Notes under the pieces: model-generated
Seen by the model: the letters and a program-made list of their open reading frames with translations, nothing else
What the model was told of the DNA's origin: nothing
Databases searched by the model: none
Translations under genes and position numbers: made by a program
Shown: one piece after another, positions 8,865 through 18,199 of the stretch
Layout of the letters: each line of letters starts with the position of its first letter
Position numbering within the stretch: position 1 is the first letter of the stretch
Source of the DNA: Polyangiaceae bacterium
GTDB lineage: Bacteria; Myxococcota_A; Polyangia; Polyangiales; Polyangiaceae
Length of the DNA stretch: 64,000 nucleotides
Reading direction: 5' to 3'
Assembly: GCA_035063585.1 (NCBI GenBank)
Contig: JAPSGB010000019.1
Span: 21,398-85,397 of the forward strand

Positions 8865-11771
8865 CTACTCCGTCCAGCTGAGCTCGGCTGGCGCCATGGT
8901 GCGGTAGCGCTTGTCGATTTCGTCCATCAGCTCGAGAAACCAGTGCTCGATCTTCGGCCCGCTCTCGCGGACGCTGTCGGTGTAGAACGTCCCCCGGATA
9001 CACTCGGCGCCCTTCTGCCCGACGCGACAGCGGCCATCCACGTAGACCAGGATCGCCTTCGGCAGGCGCTCCGCGGAGGAGTCGGCCGCCGCGTTCATCC
9101 AGTTCTTCAAGAAGACGATGGCCGCCTTCAGATCCTCCGGCGTCTGGCCGTAGCCGTGGAGGAGATAGATGACCGGGTAGCGCTTGTGCTGGCTATTGGC
9201 GTTGGCGTAGCCGGGCGGCACGTTCACGCTCACCGGGCCCGTCCGGCCGAGCGTGTCGGTGAAGGTGAAGTCGCACCCGCCGGTCACCTCGCACGGGTCG
9301 GCGTCGGCGCTCGGATTGAGCTGGGAGTCCTCGTCGAGCGTGTGCGGCGCGTCCGGCCAGCGTGAGCCGATGTAATAGAGCGCGGACTGCAGGCGACGCG
9401 CGATGTCGTCGGCCGTCCCCACGTGCTGCCCGGTACCCGACTGGATGTCCTGCGGGGTCGGATCGATGGGGCCGTAGCGGAGGAGCACGCCGCTCGGGAT
9501 GTCACCCCAGGCGTTCACGCCCGGCACGAACGACTTCTGGTTGCCCCAGATCTGCCCCGGGATGCGATCGAACTGGGTGTAGTAGTGCACGATCGGGCCG
9601 CGCCCGGACCACGCGCCGGCGAGCGCCTGCGCGTCCACCGCGAAGTTGAAGAGGTCGCGGGTGCCGCCGTCGGTCCACATGTCGAGCCGTCGCATGGCGG
9701 CGTCATCGAACGGCTTGGGCTGCGACGCCGCCGGGAGCTGCTCGATGACGCTCCGCGAGTCTCGCTCAGCGATGGTGCGGAGCCCGATCGACATATCGAA
9801 CTTGCCGTTACCCTCGCCGAAATCGTACGGGCTGGTCTTGGTGTTCGCGACGCCGTCGAGCCCGAAGTCCCGGTAGGGCTCGCCGTCGTCGTAGCGCAGG
9901 TTGCCCTCGGTCCCGAGCGGGTTGTACTGCGGATCCCAGTTGTCACCGCTCGGGTCGTCCTTGATGCCCTTCTGGTACCCGGGCTCGTCCGCGTCGGCCT
10001 TCCCGTCGAGCCCGACGTCGTCGTAGGGCTCGTGGCCGGCGCGAATGATGGGCTCGTTCTCGTCGCGGACGCCGTTGCCGTTGTAGTCGACCGCGAGCGC
10101 GAGCTCGAGGGGGACGCCGTTACCGGTGTCTTGCCAAGTGTTCGCCCACGGCGAGAGATCCGGCTGCTGCGGCGAGCCGTCGCACACCGTGATGACCGGC
10201 CAGGTCCCCTTGGGGTTGAACTCGTCGTCGTAGTAGTTCTGAAGCGTGAGCGGGTGCGAGCAGCGCTCGATGGGGCACTGGCGCTCGAGCTCCTGTTGCG
10301 CGGCCTTGTCCGGTCCGTCGAGCGGATCGACCCACACCGAGCACTGTCGCCCCGGGTGGTCGCCCACCACCGAGGGGTCGTCCGGCGAGACCCCCGCGGG
10401 TAGGTTCTCGGCGTCGGGCGCCGGGTTGTACCCGTTCATGTTGCCGAACATGAGCGACAGGTCGCGGAAGATCTGGATGTACTCCGCGCGCGGGAAGCTC
10501 CCGCCGTTGCCGTTCTTCGGATACTCGTACCACCAGTGGTTGAAGGTGGAGGGGTGCTGATACGGCAGGGGCGCCGGGATCTGGTCCGGAGTGTACGGGG
10601 GCTCGGAGGGGACGTTGTCCCCGTCGTTCGGCGGGAACCCGGCGACCTGATTGCGCTCGATGTGTCCTGCCATCCAGGTCCAGTCGACGGGGCCGCCGAG
10701 CGGCGCGATGACGTCGAACTTGTCGTGGTTTCGCAGCCCGAACATCGCGGTGCCGCCGCCACCCATCGACACGCCGATGAGCGCGCGGTGAGTGAGGTGT
10801 CGCTGGAAGGTCTTGGTGCCGGCGTCCGCCAGAGCGACGGCCTGGTAGGTTCCGAGGCGCGGCGCCATGAAGTAGAGCTTGTAGCCGTCGCCATCGCGCA
10901 TGATCGCGGGGTCCGCGATGGGGATCACGCGCGGCTTCTCGAAGGCCGGCCCGCGATACGAGACGGTCACGTGGCGCAGCCGCCCCTGGGCCGGGATCGC
11001 CGCCGGGTTGATGGGCAGCGTGAAGGGAATTTCCCGATTGAAACTCAGCGCGGCGGGGCCGAAGGTCACCGCCGGCCCGAGCTTCACGTAGCCCGCGGGC
11101 ACCTGGTCCTTGGCGCACGCGATGGTCGCGTCGAAGGCGTCGGCGTGCCAGAGGAAGCTGCCCGCGTTGGGCTTGGTGGCGCCCTTCTGGAGCGAGATCG
11201 ACGCGAGCGCGAGCCCGCCGGTGCCGGAGACGGTCGCGCCGTCGCCGACGTGACCCGCGCCGGTGCCCGCGCAGTCGTCGACTTTCGCGGAGCGCACCTC
11301 GATGGGCAGGTCGACGCTCGCCGCAGAGCCGTCGCTGAGCGGCACGCTCGCGGTGAGGGTCGTCTTCCCGTCGCCCGACCCGGCCGTGATCGACACGGTG
11401 ACCTTCGGAGTCGCCAGATCGATGCGCGCAGGCGCGGGCGCCGCAACGAGGTCCGGCTGGCCGGACGTGAACGTCATGGCCGCCGGCACGCAGAAGTCCG
11501 GCGAGGCGAAGACCTCGACGTCTCGCGTCTGTCCCGGCGCGAGGACCAGCTCGGGCGGGTCGGTCCGCAGCTTCACGAGGCTGGGATCCGGATCGAAGCA
11601 CTGCTCGCCCGGACCCGGGACCGGATAACCGCCGTCGTCGCCACCGCCGCCGTCGGTCGTCGGCTTGGCGCCATCTCCGTCGTCTGAAGAGCAGCTCGTC
11701 GAGGCGGCGAGCGAGCCGAGCACGAGGAGCGCGGCGAGCGCGGTCAGGGAACGGCGATAGGGAGAGCGCAA
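8865..11771 (-). CDS. Large lipoprotein with alpha/beta-hydrolase (esterase) core, apparently circularly permuted, with Asp-rich Ca-binding-like inserts
   Basis: TTG 11771 with GGAGGT 6 nt upstream; lipobox ASTSC; GVSMGG nucleophile elbow mid-protein; YPVIYLLHGYG near the C-terminus. Confidence 0.85.
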   Translation of the reverse strand: MRSPYRRSLTALAALLVLGSLAASTSCSSDDGDGAKPTTDGGGGDDGGYPVPGPGEQCFDPDPSLVKLRTDPPELVLAPGQTRDVEVFASPDFCVPAAMTFTSGQPDLVAAPAPARIDLATPKVTVSITAGSGDGKTTLTASVPLSDGSAASVDLPIEVRSAKVDDCAGTGAGHVGDGATVSGTGGLALASISLQKGATKPNAGSFLWHADAFDATIACAKDQVPAGYVKLGPAVTFGPAALSFNREIPFTLPINPAAIPAQGRLRHVTVSYRGPAFEKPRVIPIADPAIMRDGDGYKLYFMAPRLGTYQAVALADAGTKTFQRHLTHRALIGVSMGGGGTAMFGLRNHDKFDVIAPLGGPVDWTWMAGHIERNQVAGFPPNDGDNVPSEPPYTPDQIPAPLPYQHPSTFNHWWYEYPKNGNGGSFPRAEYIQIFRDLSLMFGNMNGYNPAPDAENLPAGVSPDDPSVVGDHPGRQCSVWVDPLDGPDKAAQQELERQCPIERCSHPLTLQNYYDDEFNPKGTWPVITVCDGSPQQPDLSPWANTWQDTGNGVPLELALAVDYNGNGVRDENEPIIRAGHEPYDDVGLDGKADADEPGYQKGIKDDPSGDNWDPQYNPLGTEGNLRYDDGEPYRDFGLDGVANTKTSPYDFGEGNGKFDMSIGLRTIAERDSRSVIEQLPAASQPKPFDDAAMRRLDMWTDGGTRDLFNFAVDAQALAGAWSGRGPIVHYYTQFDRIPGQIWGNQKSFVPGVNAWGDIPSGVLLRYGPIDPTPQDIQSGTGQHVGTADDIARRLQSALYYIGSRWPDAPHTLDEDSQLNPSADADPCEVTGGCDFTFTDTLGRTGPVSVNVPPGYANANSQHKRYPVIYLLHGYGQTPEDLKAAIVFLKNWMNAAADSSAERLPKAILVYVDGRCRVGQKGAECIRGTFYTDSVRESGPKIEHWFLELMDEIDKRYRTMAPAELSWTE

Positions 11772-11800
11772 GAGGTCACCTCCAGAGGGGGAACCGCGCA

Positions 11801-11829
11801 AGGGTAGCTAGGTTCGCCGCGGATGTCAC
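11801..11829 (-). promoter_or_regulatory. Sigma70-type promoter for the hydrolase gene
   Basis: Minus strand GTGACA (11829-11824) -N17- TACCCT (11806-11801). Confidence 0.55.
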
Positions 11830-11858
11830 AAGCGACCCCGAAAAAGGCGACGAGTACG

Positions 11859-11995
11859 CGCGCGGCTACCGCGAGGTGAAGTAGTGTCCGCGTAGAGGGG
11901 CCGGGGGGGGGACAGCCTCGCTCCACGCGGACGCACTCCAGGTAGCAGCGCCGCTCTGGAAATGCAAATCCGCGCCTCACCTCGGCGACCGCGCG
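11859..11995 (-). ncRNA. Candidate structured RNA (nested stems, C9 loop)
   Basis: Outer stem 11859-11879/11977-11995, inner stem 11886-11897/11921-11932, side hairpin 11937-11960; several mismatches become G-U pairs only on the minus strand. Confidence 0.35.
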
Positions 11996-12058
11996 AGACG
12001 GTGCGAATACGACACTCGATGCATCGCATCTTTCAACATTGAAACGTGCGATGAGGTA

Positions 12059-12087
12059 ACCCGTCGCAACCCGGCGCAGCGACGGGT
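12059..12087 (-). terminator. GC-rich hairpin at the stop of the 12087-15176 gene
   Basis: ACCCGTCGC (12059-12067) / GCGACGGGT (12079-12087); no clear U-tract. Confidence 0.4.
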
Positions 12088-15000
12088 CAACGCGCGCAGC
12101 GATAGGCCCAACGCCGCCCGTCCGGAGCGCGCGCAGAAATCGTCATCGGCACGGTCGCGCGGCCCGCGGCGAAGCTCGACACCTCCCGCCGAGCTCCGCC
12201 GACCGTGGGCGGGGCGCCGTCGAGGTCCGCGGCGAGCGAGTCGATACAGAGCCCCTGCTCGCTCGCGATCATGCGCGCGCGAGGGCGCTCGACGCGGAGC
12301 GCGGAGCCCGCGCCCGAGAAGTCGAGGTAGGGTTCGATGGCGGGGAGCCCGTCGAGCAGCCAGCCCTCCTCATCGACGCCGCACGCGCGAGCGCGTGCGA
12401 TGGCCGGCGGCGCGAGCTCCACAGGGACTCCCGGCGAGCCGGTCCCGAGCGCGATGGGGTAGACGTACCAGGCAGTGTCCGCGCCACGCAGGCGCCGGGT
12501 GTTCACCCAGATGCCGAGCGCGTCGGCGCGGGTGTTGCGGACGAGCTCGAATGAGAACAGACCGCGCGCGGTCACGTCCGGTCGATTCGGGTAGTCGCGA
12601 AACAGCGAGAGGTGATTCCCATCTGCGCGGAGCACACGGAACCGGCGATCGCTCGGCTGCTGGACGCCGAGGTACCAGCTGGCCCCGACCCGCACCGCGC
12701 TCGTGAGCTGGGTGAGGCCCCAACGTCCGGCCTCGTCGATGCGAGTGATCGAGCGCTCGGCCTCGAACGCGAAGAGCTCGGTGATGCCGGCGCCGCTGAT
12801 GAGGAGTAGGCCGGCGCGCCCGGACGGATCGAGCTTGAAGCTGAAGTTCGCCGCGGTGCCCAGTCCGGGCGCACCGAGTCTCTGCGCGGCGGTGACCGCG
12901 TCGGCCCACGGGCTCCGAGTCACGGCGGTGCTCCACGCGGCGTGTTCGGCGGCGTAAGGATCCTCACCGCGCAGCATCCACCGACCGGCGCGATCCCAGC
13001 TCGCGCCGCGCTCACCCCAGACGTAGCCGGCGAGCCCACGGCCGGGATCGGGCACCATGCCGAAGCCAATCATGCCCGCGTCGAGGCGCGGCGGAGCGAC
13101 CCCTCGAAACGGTGACCAGCGCGAGGTCTCGAGCGTGTCCGCCGGGGGCGATCGCCGCGAGCTCCAGCCAAACCCGTGCGGGCGACCGCTCGCCGCAGGG
13201 CTCCGCGGCGAGCCGGGGCGGGGCGTCTCGGGCGGCGCCGGCCGGCCGCTCACGACGCCGGTCGGCCGACACTCGAGCGTCCAGCGCGCGCCGCGCGGGT
13301 GGTCGAACGACCCCGCGCGCGGGACCTGGGCCAGCTCGAACTTCGCGTCGCGCGCCGAGCCGCCAGCCCATCCGACCCGCAGCCAGCGCGCGGAGGCGCA
13401 GCCGACCCGAGTGCACCCGCGCTCGCCTCTCGACGCATCGAGCGAGGTCGTCGCGCCCGTGTCGGGCATCACATCGACCTCACGCCAGTGAAACCCGCCG
13501 TCCACCGTCTCGGCGGCCACGCCCGACGTCCCGACCGAGAGCGCGAGCGGTCCCGAGAAGAGCGTCCGCGCGAGATCCTGCTGCAAGGCGCCGAGCGCGA
13601 CCTTGCCGTCCAGGCTCACGCGCACGCCGATGAACGGACCGGCTCCCGCGATCCAACCCGAGAGCCCGCCTGCCGCGGACTCTACGAAGCCGTCGAGCCA
13701 GAGCCCCTTCTCGACCAGGGCTCGCGTCGGCCCCTCGAGCTTTGGGAACCTGAGCGGCACGGTCTTCGTCGCGCCGTCCTTGCCGATGAGCACGAGCGCG
13801 CCGGCCGCGCCCAGTCGGGGCGGGACGAGCACCGCCGCGCGACCATCGGAGAGCGCGACCGCGCGCTCGACGCCGACCTCTCCTTCGACGCGCAGCTCGC
13901 GCTCCGCTCCGTCGCGCCCACGGATGCAATACGCGTCATGCGCCGCGCGCCCCGGGCAGCCACCACGCACGACCAGCGCGCCGTTGCCGCTCGGCGACAC
14001 GTAGCGCGGCTCGTCGAAGCTCATCACGGCGCGGAGCGCGAGCCCCGCGTCGAGCGCGTACACGGTGGTCGCGCCGCGCTCCTCTCCGCACACGAACCCG
14101 AGCCCTCTGCCGAGCGGGATCCCCTGACAGCTCGCGTCCTCCGGGAGCTGGCGTTCACTGACGCGCAAGATCGCCGCGTCGGCGAGGCGCACGCGCGCGA
14201 CCGCGCCGTTGGCCGCCACTACCGCGGTCCCCGGCGCGTCCGGGACGCCACGGAGCACGGCGATGAGGAGCGGCTCACGGCCGAGCGGCCCGGCCGGCGG
14301 CAGGGGCGGCACCTCCTCACTCGGCGGGGCCACGCTGACCCACGGCGCCGCGCCGCGCGCGCGCCCGGCCCCGCGAAAGAGCGCGTCCACCTCACTCTTC
14401 TCGCCGGCTCGCGTGAGCGCCCCGGACGAATCGAGCTCGAGCACGCCGCCGGAGGTATGAAGGGTGATTCGATCGCGCGAAGCCCCCGCGATGGTCGCCT
14501 CCGGCAACCCGATCGGGTGCCAGCTCTGACCGGCGTCGAAGGTCGCGAGCACGCCGCGGAGCGGGACGTCGGCCGCGCCGAGCCAACCATCAGTGAACGC
14601 CAGCTGCCCGTAGGCAGGCGCCGGGGGCAGCGGCCCGAGGCCCATGGGCGCGCCGCTCCGCGGGTCGAGCGCGAGCACCTCGCCGCTCGTGCGCGCCACG
14701 AGGTACAGGCGGTCGAAGCCGGGGACGAGATCGGCCACGTCGAACGCGAGGTTCGCTAGCGGCTGGAGCGCCCCCGCCCACGACTCCGCGCGCCACATCA
14801 GCGTGCGCCCGCCCCCGGTCGAGTAGAAGAGGAAGCCGCCGCCGAGGCGAGCCGGCAACGGGGCGGAGCGTGCGCCCGGCTCGGCGGGCAAGAGCTGGTC
14901 GGCCGCGGCGAGGGTGCCGTCGGGCAGCTCGAGGAGCCGCATGCCGCCATCGATCCACGCGCGGCGACCGTCGGGCGGGAGCTCCCGCTCGTCGCTCACT

Positions 15001-15176
15001 CCGGCGCTGCCGCGCAGGAACACCCGCGGCTTGGTGACGAGCTCGGGCGTCTTGGAGGTCGCCGTAGGTCGGTGCGGCGCGGCCGGCGGCGCGGAGCGGG
15101 CGGCGCGCTCTCCCGCGCACCCGGCCGCGACCACCAGCGCGCTCGCCCCGAGGCTCGCGAGTCGTCGCCGCGCCAT
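12087..15176 (-). CDS. Large lipoprotein, probable beta-propeller(s) with Asp-box/BNR-like motifs
   Basis: Lipobox VAAGC; TFDAGQSW and TVDGGFHW; TAGGCT 7 nt upstream of the ATG. Confidence 0.8.
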   Translation of the reverse strand: MARRRLASLGASALVVAAGCAGERAARSAPPAAPHRPTATSKTPELVTKPRVFLRGSAGVSDERELPPDGRRAWIDGGMRLLELPDGTLAAADQLLPAEPGARSAPLPARLGGGFLFYSTGGGRTLMWRAESWAGALQPLANLAFDVADLVPGFDRLYLVARTSGEVLALDPRSGAPMGLGPLPPAPAYGQLAFTDGWLGAADVPLRGVLATFDAGQSWHPIGLPEATIAGASRDRITLHTSGGVLELDSSGALTRAGEKSEVDALFRGAGRARGAAPWVSVAPPSEEVPPLPPAGPLGREPLLIAVLRGVPDAPGTAVVAANGAVARVRLADAAILRVSERQLPEDASCQGIPLGRGLGFVCGEERGATTVYALDAGLALRAVMSFDEPRYVSPSGNGALVVRGGCPGRAAHDAYCIRGRDGAERELRVEGEVGVERAVALSDGRAAVLVPPRLGAAGALVLIGKDGATKTVPLRFPKLEGPTRALVEKGLWLDGFVESAAGGLSGWIAGAGPFIGVRVSLDGKVALGALQQDLARTLFSGPLALSVGTSGVAAETVDGGFHWREVDVMPDTGATTSLDASRGERGCTRVGCASARWLRVGWAGGSARDAKFELAQVPRAGSFDHPRGARWTLECRPTGVVSGRPAPPETPRPGSPRSPAASGRPHGFGWSSRRSPPADTLETSRWSPFRGVAPPRLDAGMIGFGMVPDPGRGLAGYVWGERGASWDRAGRWMLRGEDPYAAEHAAWSTAVTRSPWADAVTAAQRLGAPGLGTAANFSFKLDPSGRAGLLLISGAGITELFAFEAERSITRIDEAGRWGLTQLTSAVRVGASWYLGVQQPSDRRFRVLRADGNHLSLFRDYPNRPDVTARGLFSFELVRNTRADALGIWVNTRRLRGADTAWYVYPIALGTGSPGVPVELAPPAIARARACGVDEEGWLLDGLPAIEPYLDFSGAGSALRVERPRARMIASEQGLCIDSLAADLDGAPPTVGGARREVSSFAAGRATVPMTISARAPDGRRWAYRCAR

Positions 15177-15252
15177 CCCGCCGAGCCTAGCGCACCCTCC
15201 CGCTCGCGGCAGCTTGCGGCGCTCGTCACGGGAGCCTAGCGTCCCGGGCAGG

Positions 15253-16245
15253 ATGAGCTCGAAGCGACCCATTTCACCCGGCGCCGAGGAGATCCTGGGC
15301 CTCTATTTCCCGGTGCTCGATCACGGTTTCGTCGCGCTCGTGGACTACATGGGCACCGACGAGTGCGTCGAGCGCGCCGCCCGCGTGAGCTACGGGTACG
15401 GCACCCGCAAGGCGAGCCTGACCCGTGGGCTGCTCCGCTACCTGCGCCGCCACCTGCACACGACGCCGAGCGAGATGGTGGAGCTCAAGTTCCATTGCTG
15501 CATGCCGATGTTCGTCGCGCGCCAGTGGATCCGCCACCGCACCGCGAGCGTGAACGAGTACAGCGGCCGCTACTCGCTCATGCCGATGCTCTTTTACTCG
15601 CCGCCGCGCGAGGAGCTGAAGCGCCAGAGTCGCTCGAACCATCAAGGGCGGAGCGGCGAGCCGGTCTCGGACGTCGAGTACGCCGAGGCCACCGCGCGCT
15701 GGCACGAGATCCGCGAGCGGAGCCAGAGCGCGTACGAATGGATGACGGCGAACGACGTCGCGCGCGAGCTCGCGCGCATCGATCTTCCGCTCTCGACCTA
15801 CACCCAGTGGTACTGGAAGATCGATCTGCACAACCTGCTCCACTTCTTGAAGCTCCGGGTGGACTCCCACGCGCAGTGGGAGATCGAGGAGTACGGCAAG
15901 GTGATGGCCGGCATGCTCGAGCGGGTCGCACCGCTCTCCTACGAGGCCTGGATCGACTACGACGTGTGCGGCGCGCGGCTCAGCCGGATGGAGCTCGACG
16001 CGCTCCGCCGCTTGGTCTCCGCCGACGGCGGCGCGCTCGCGGCGCGACCCGGCGCGGCGCTCGACGCCGCGGCGCTCGGCGACCTCGGGCTCGGCGTGCG
16101 CGAGGCCGGCGAGCTCATCGAGAAGCTGACACGGGGCGCGGTCCCGGACTTTCGCCTCGACCTCGGGCGGGCGCGGACGGCCGAGGAGTACGCGGCGCGC
16201 TTCGCGGAGGCGGTCCCCCGCATCGATCGCGCGCCGGAGCGCTGA
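15253..16245 (+). CDS. thyX: FAD-dependent thymidylate synthase
   Basis: RHRTASVNEYSGRY ThyX motif; AARVSY, HTTPSE, ELARIDLP, HAQWEI. Confidence 0.97.
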   Translation: MSSKRPISPGAEEILGLYFPVLDHGFVALVDYMGTDECVERAARVSYGYGTRKASLTRGLLRYLRRHLHTTPSEMVELKFHCCMPMFVARQWIRHRTASVNEYSGRYSLMPMLFYSPPREELKRQSRSNHQGRSGEPVSDVEYAEATARWHEIRERSQSAYEWMTANDVARELARIDLPLSTYTQWYWKIDLHNLLHFLKLRVDSHAQWEIEEYGKVMAGMLERVAPLSYEAWIDYDVCGARLSRMELDALRRLVSADGGALAARPGAALDAAALGDLGLGVREAGELIEKLTRGAVPDFRLDLGRARTAEEYAARFAEAVPRIDRAPER

Positions 16246-16254
16246 GCGGCGAGC

Positions 16255-16698
16255 TCAGAAGCGGGCGGCGATGTCGAAGCCGTAGCCGGCGCTCGTGATG
16301 GTCGGGCGCACCACCACCGGCGTAGAGCCGTCGCCGGCGAGGGCGTGCGCGGTGGGCAGGAGTCGGAGCGCGACCGAGGGCGCGCCCGGGAGCGCGACGT
16401 CGCGCGTGATGACGAGATAGTCGAGCACGCGGTGATAGCCGCAGCTCGACAGGATCGCGCACGAGGAGTGCTCGCGCGCAGCGCGGCGCGGCGCCGCGCT
16501 CTCGACCGGCAGCGCCGGCGCGACGGCGGCCTCCTCCGGCCGAGCGCCCTCCGGGGCGGCGGGCTCCGGCGACGCCGCACCTTCGGTTGGCGCGGGCTCG
16601 GCTGGCGCGGGCTCGGCCGGCTCCGCGAACGCTGGAATCGCGGAGAGGAGCGCGGCGAGCGAGAGGAGCGCGCAGACCGTCTTCACGCTCGAAATCAT
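16255..16698 (-). CDS. Small exported protein
   Basis: Signal peptide ending AFA, Pro/Ala linker, C-terminal GYGFDIAARF. Confidence 0.6.
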   Translation of the reverse strand: MISSVKTVCALLSLAALLSAIPAFAEPAEPAPAEPAPTEGAASPEPAAPEGARPEEAAVAPALPVESAAPRRAAREHSSCAILSSCGYHRVLDYLVITRDVALPGAPSVALRLLPTAHALAGDGSTPVVVRPTITSAGYGFDIAARF

Positions 16699-16843
16699 GA
16701 GCGCCGAGCTGCTCGAAATCAAGCATTCAACCAGGCGAGATCATTAGACTCGTGCGACTTATACCTACTACCGGCGCGGATGTCGGAGATCCGCCGCCGA
16801 GGGCTCCTGCCCGGCGAGTGGCCAGCGAAAGCCGACGGAATCG

Positions 16844-18127
16844 CTACTTGATCAGGGTGTCACAGCCGAACTGGACGGCGATCGACACCTCGCCGGACGC
16901 GCTCGCGTGGAGCGCGTCCTCGGCGGCGTCGCACGAGGCCGGGCAGAGGAGCACGCGAGTCGGCGCCGCGTCGTCGTCGTAATACCAGCCGCCGGCCGTG
17001 TCGCAGCTCGCCGCGCCCTTCACCTTGTAGATGAGGCTCTGTTTGCCGCCGTCATCGAGCGCGACGTTCACCTGGGCCGGGTTCAGCACGCCGGCGTCCG
17101 GCCTCGGGATGTCGATCTCGCAGCTCAGCTTCGACGCCTTCGAGACGCCCTGCGCTACGGCGTCGAAGAAGGGCCCCCACGCCGCGGCGCCGTCGCAGAT
17201 CTTGGCGCGGACGCCCCCGGTACGCTTTACGAGCTCGGTGTAGACGGTGCCCACGTTGTCCGGTTGGGTGCTGTCCGGGTACGTGCAATTGACGTTCGGA
17301 TCACTCTCGGACCCCCAACCGTAGAGCCCGTCGAAGACGTAGTCCTCGAACAGCCCGCTCCAGGTGGGCTCGAGGATCCCGGGCGGGAGCTCGGTGGAAT
17401 TCGCAGGGTTCTTCCCGCCCTTGAAGTGCTCGAACTGATCGGCGGTCAGACGCGAATTATCGTCCGAGACGACCACGAGGGTCTTGGTCGCCTCCGGGCG
17501 GAGCCACTGCCGCCACGGCACGCTCCCGCGCTCGTCTCCTGCGAGGTAGCCCGTCGTCTGCCCGAGCGTCCCGAGGAACTGCTCGAGCGGTTGAACGCTC
17601 TTGATCCCGACGCTGACGGGGAAATACCTCGCGCTCGCGCCGCAGTTGTCGTCGCCGGCGAGCGGCTGCGGAATACAAATCGGGAAGAGCCCGCCGACCG
17701 GGTTCTTCGCGATGAGCGAGAGCATGATCACCCGGTAGTCGAGGTTCTTGCTCGCGATGAGCGAGGCAAAGCCGTTCAGCCCCTTGTTGATCTCGTCGAC
17801 CGCCGGTTTCATGCTGGCGGAGTTGTCGACCATCCAGATGATGTCGACCGGGAGCGTGGCGATCTCGGCCTTCTCGACCGCGGTCGCGCAGGCGGCATCC
17901 GGATCCAGGCCGCCATCGTTCTGAGAGACGTCGATGCCGCCGCCGTCGGCGCTCCCGCCGGAGACGCCAGCGCTCCCCGCCGCGCCCGCCGCTGCGCCGC
18001 CTTCGCTCGAGGCGTCCGCGCCCGCCGCGCCGCCGGTCGCGGACGCGTCCGGTCCGACGCCCCCGCTCGTCGCGCACGACGCGACGAGCGCGAGACCACC
18101 GAGTAACCCAAGCCAAGCGCGAGCCAT
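16844..18127 (-). CDS. vWA-domain lipoprotein with Cys-rich C-terminus (myxobacterial type)
   Basis: Lipobox VASC; MIDAS VDNSASM; LVVVSDD; GGWYYD...LCPASC tail. Confidence 0.87.
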   Translation of the reverse strand: MARAWLGLLGGLALVASCATSGGVGPDASATGGAAGADASSEGGAAAGAAGSAGVSGGSADGGGIDVSQNDGGLDPDAACATAVEKAEIATLPVDIIWMVDNSASMKPAVDEINKGLNGFASLIASKNLDYRVIMLSLIAKNPVGGLFPICIPQPLAGDDNCGASARYFPVSVGIKSVQPLEQFLGTLGQTTGYLAGDERGSVPWRQWLRPEATKTLVVVSDDNSRLTADQFEHFKGGKNPANSTELPPGILEPTWSGLFEDYVFDGLYGWGSESDPNVNCTYPDSTQPDNVGTVYTELVKRTGGVRAKICDGAAAWGPFFDAVAQGVSKASKLSCEIDIPRPDAGVLNPAQVNVALDDGGKQSLIYKVKGAASCDTAGGWYYDDDAAPTRVLLCPASCDAAEDALHASASGEVSIAVQFGCDTLIK

Positions 18128-18199
18128 GACGGTCAGCCTAGATCAGCGCCCGCCCCGGCGGTACTCGCTCCGGGTCGATTTCGCGCCGCCCCGACAAAC

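Noticed and set aside
11859..11995. Structured region as tRNA, SRP, 6S or Pxr RNA
   Set aside because: No TTC T-loop or CCA, no SRP domain IV motif, very asymmetric central loop; resemblance to Pxr is limited to a C-rich loop.
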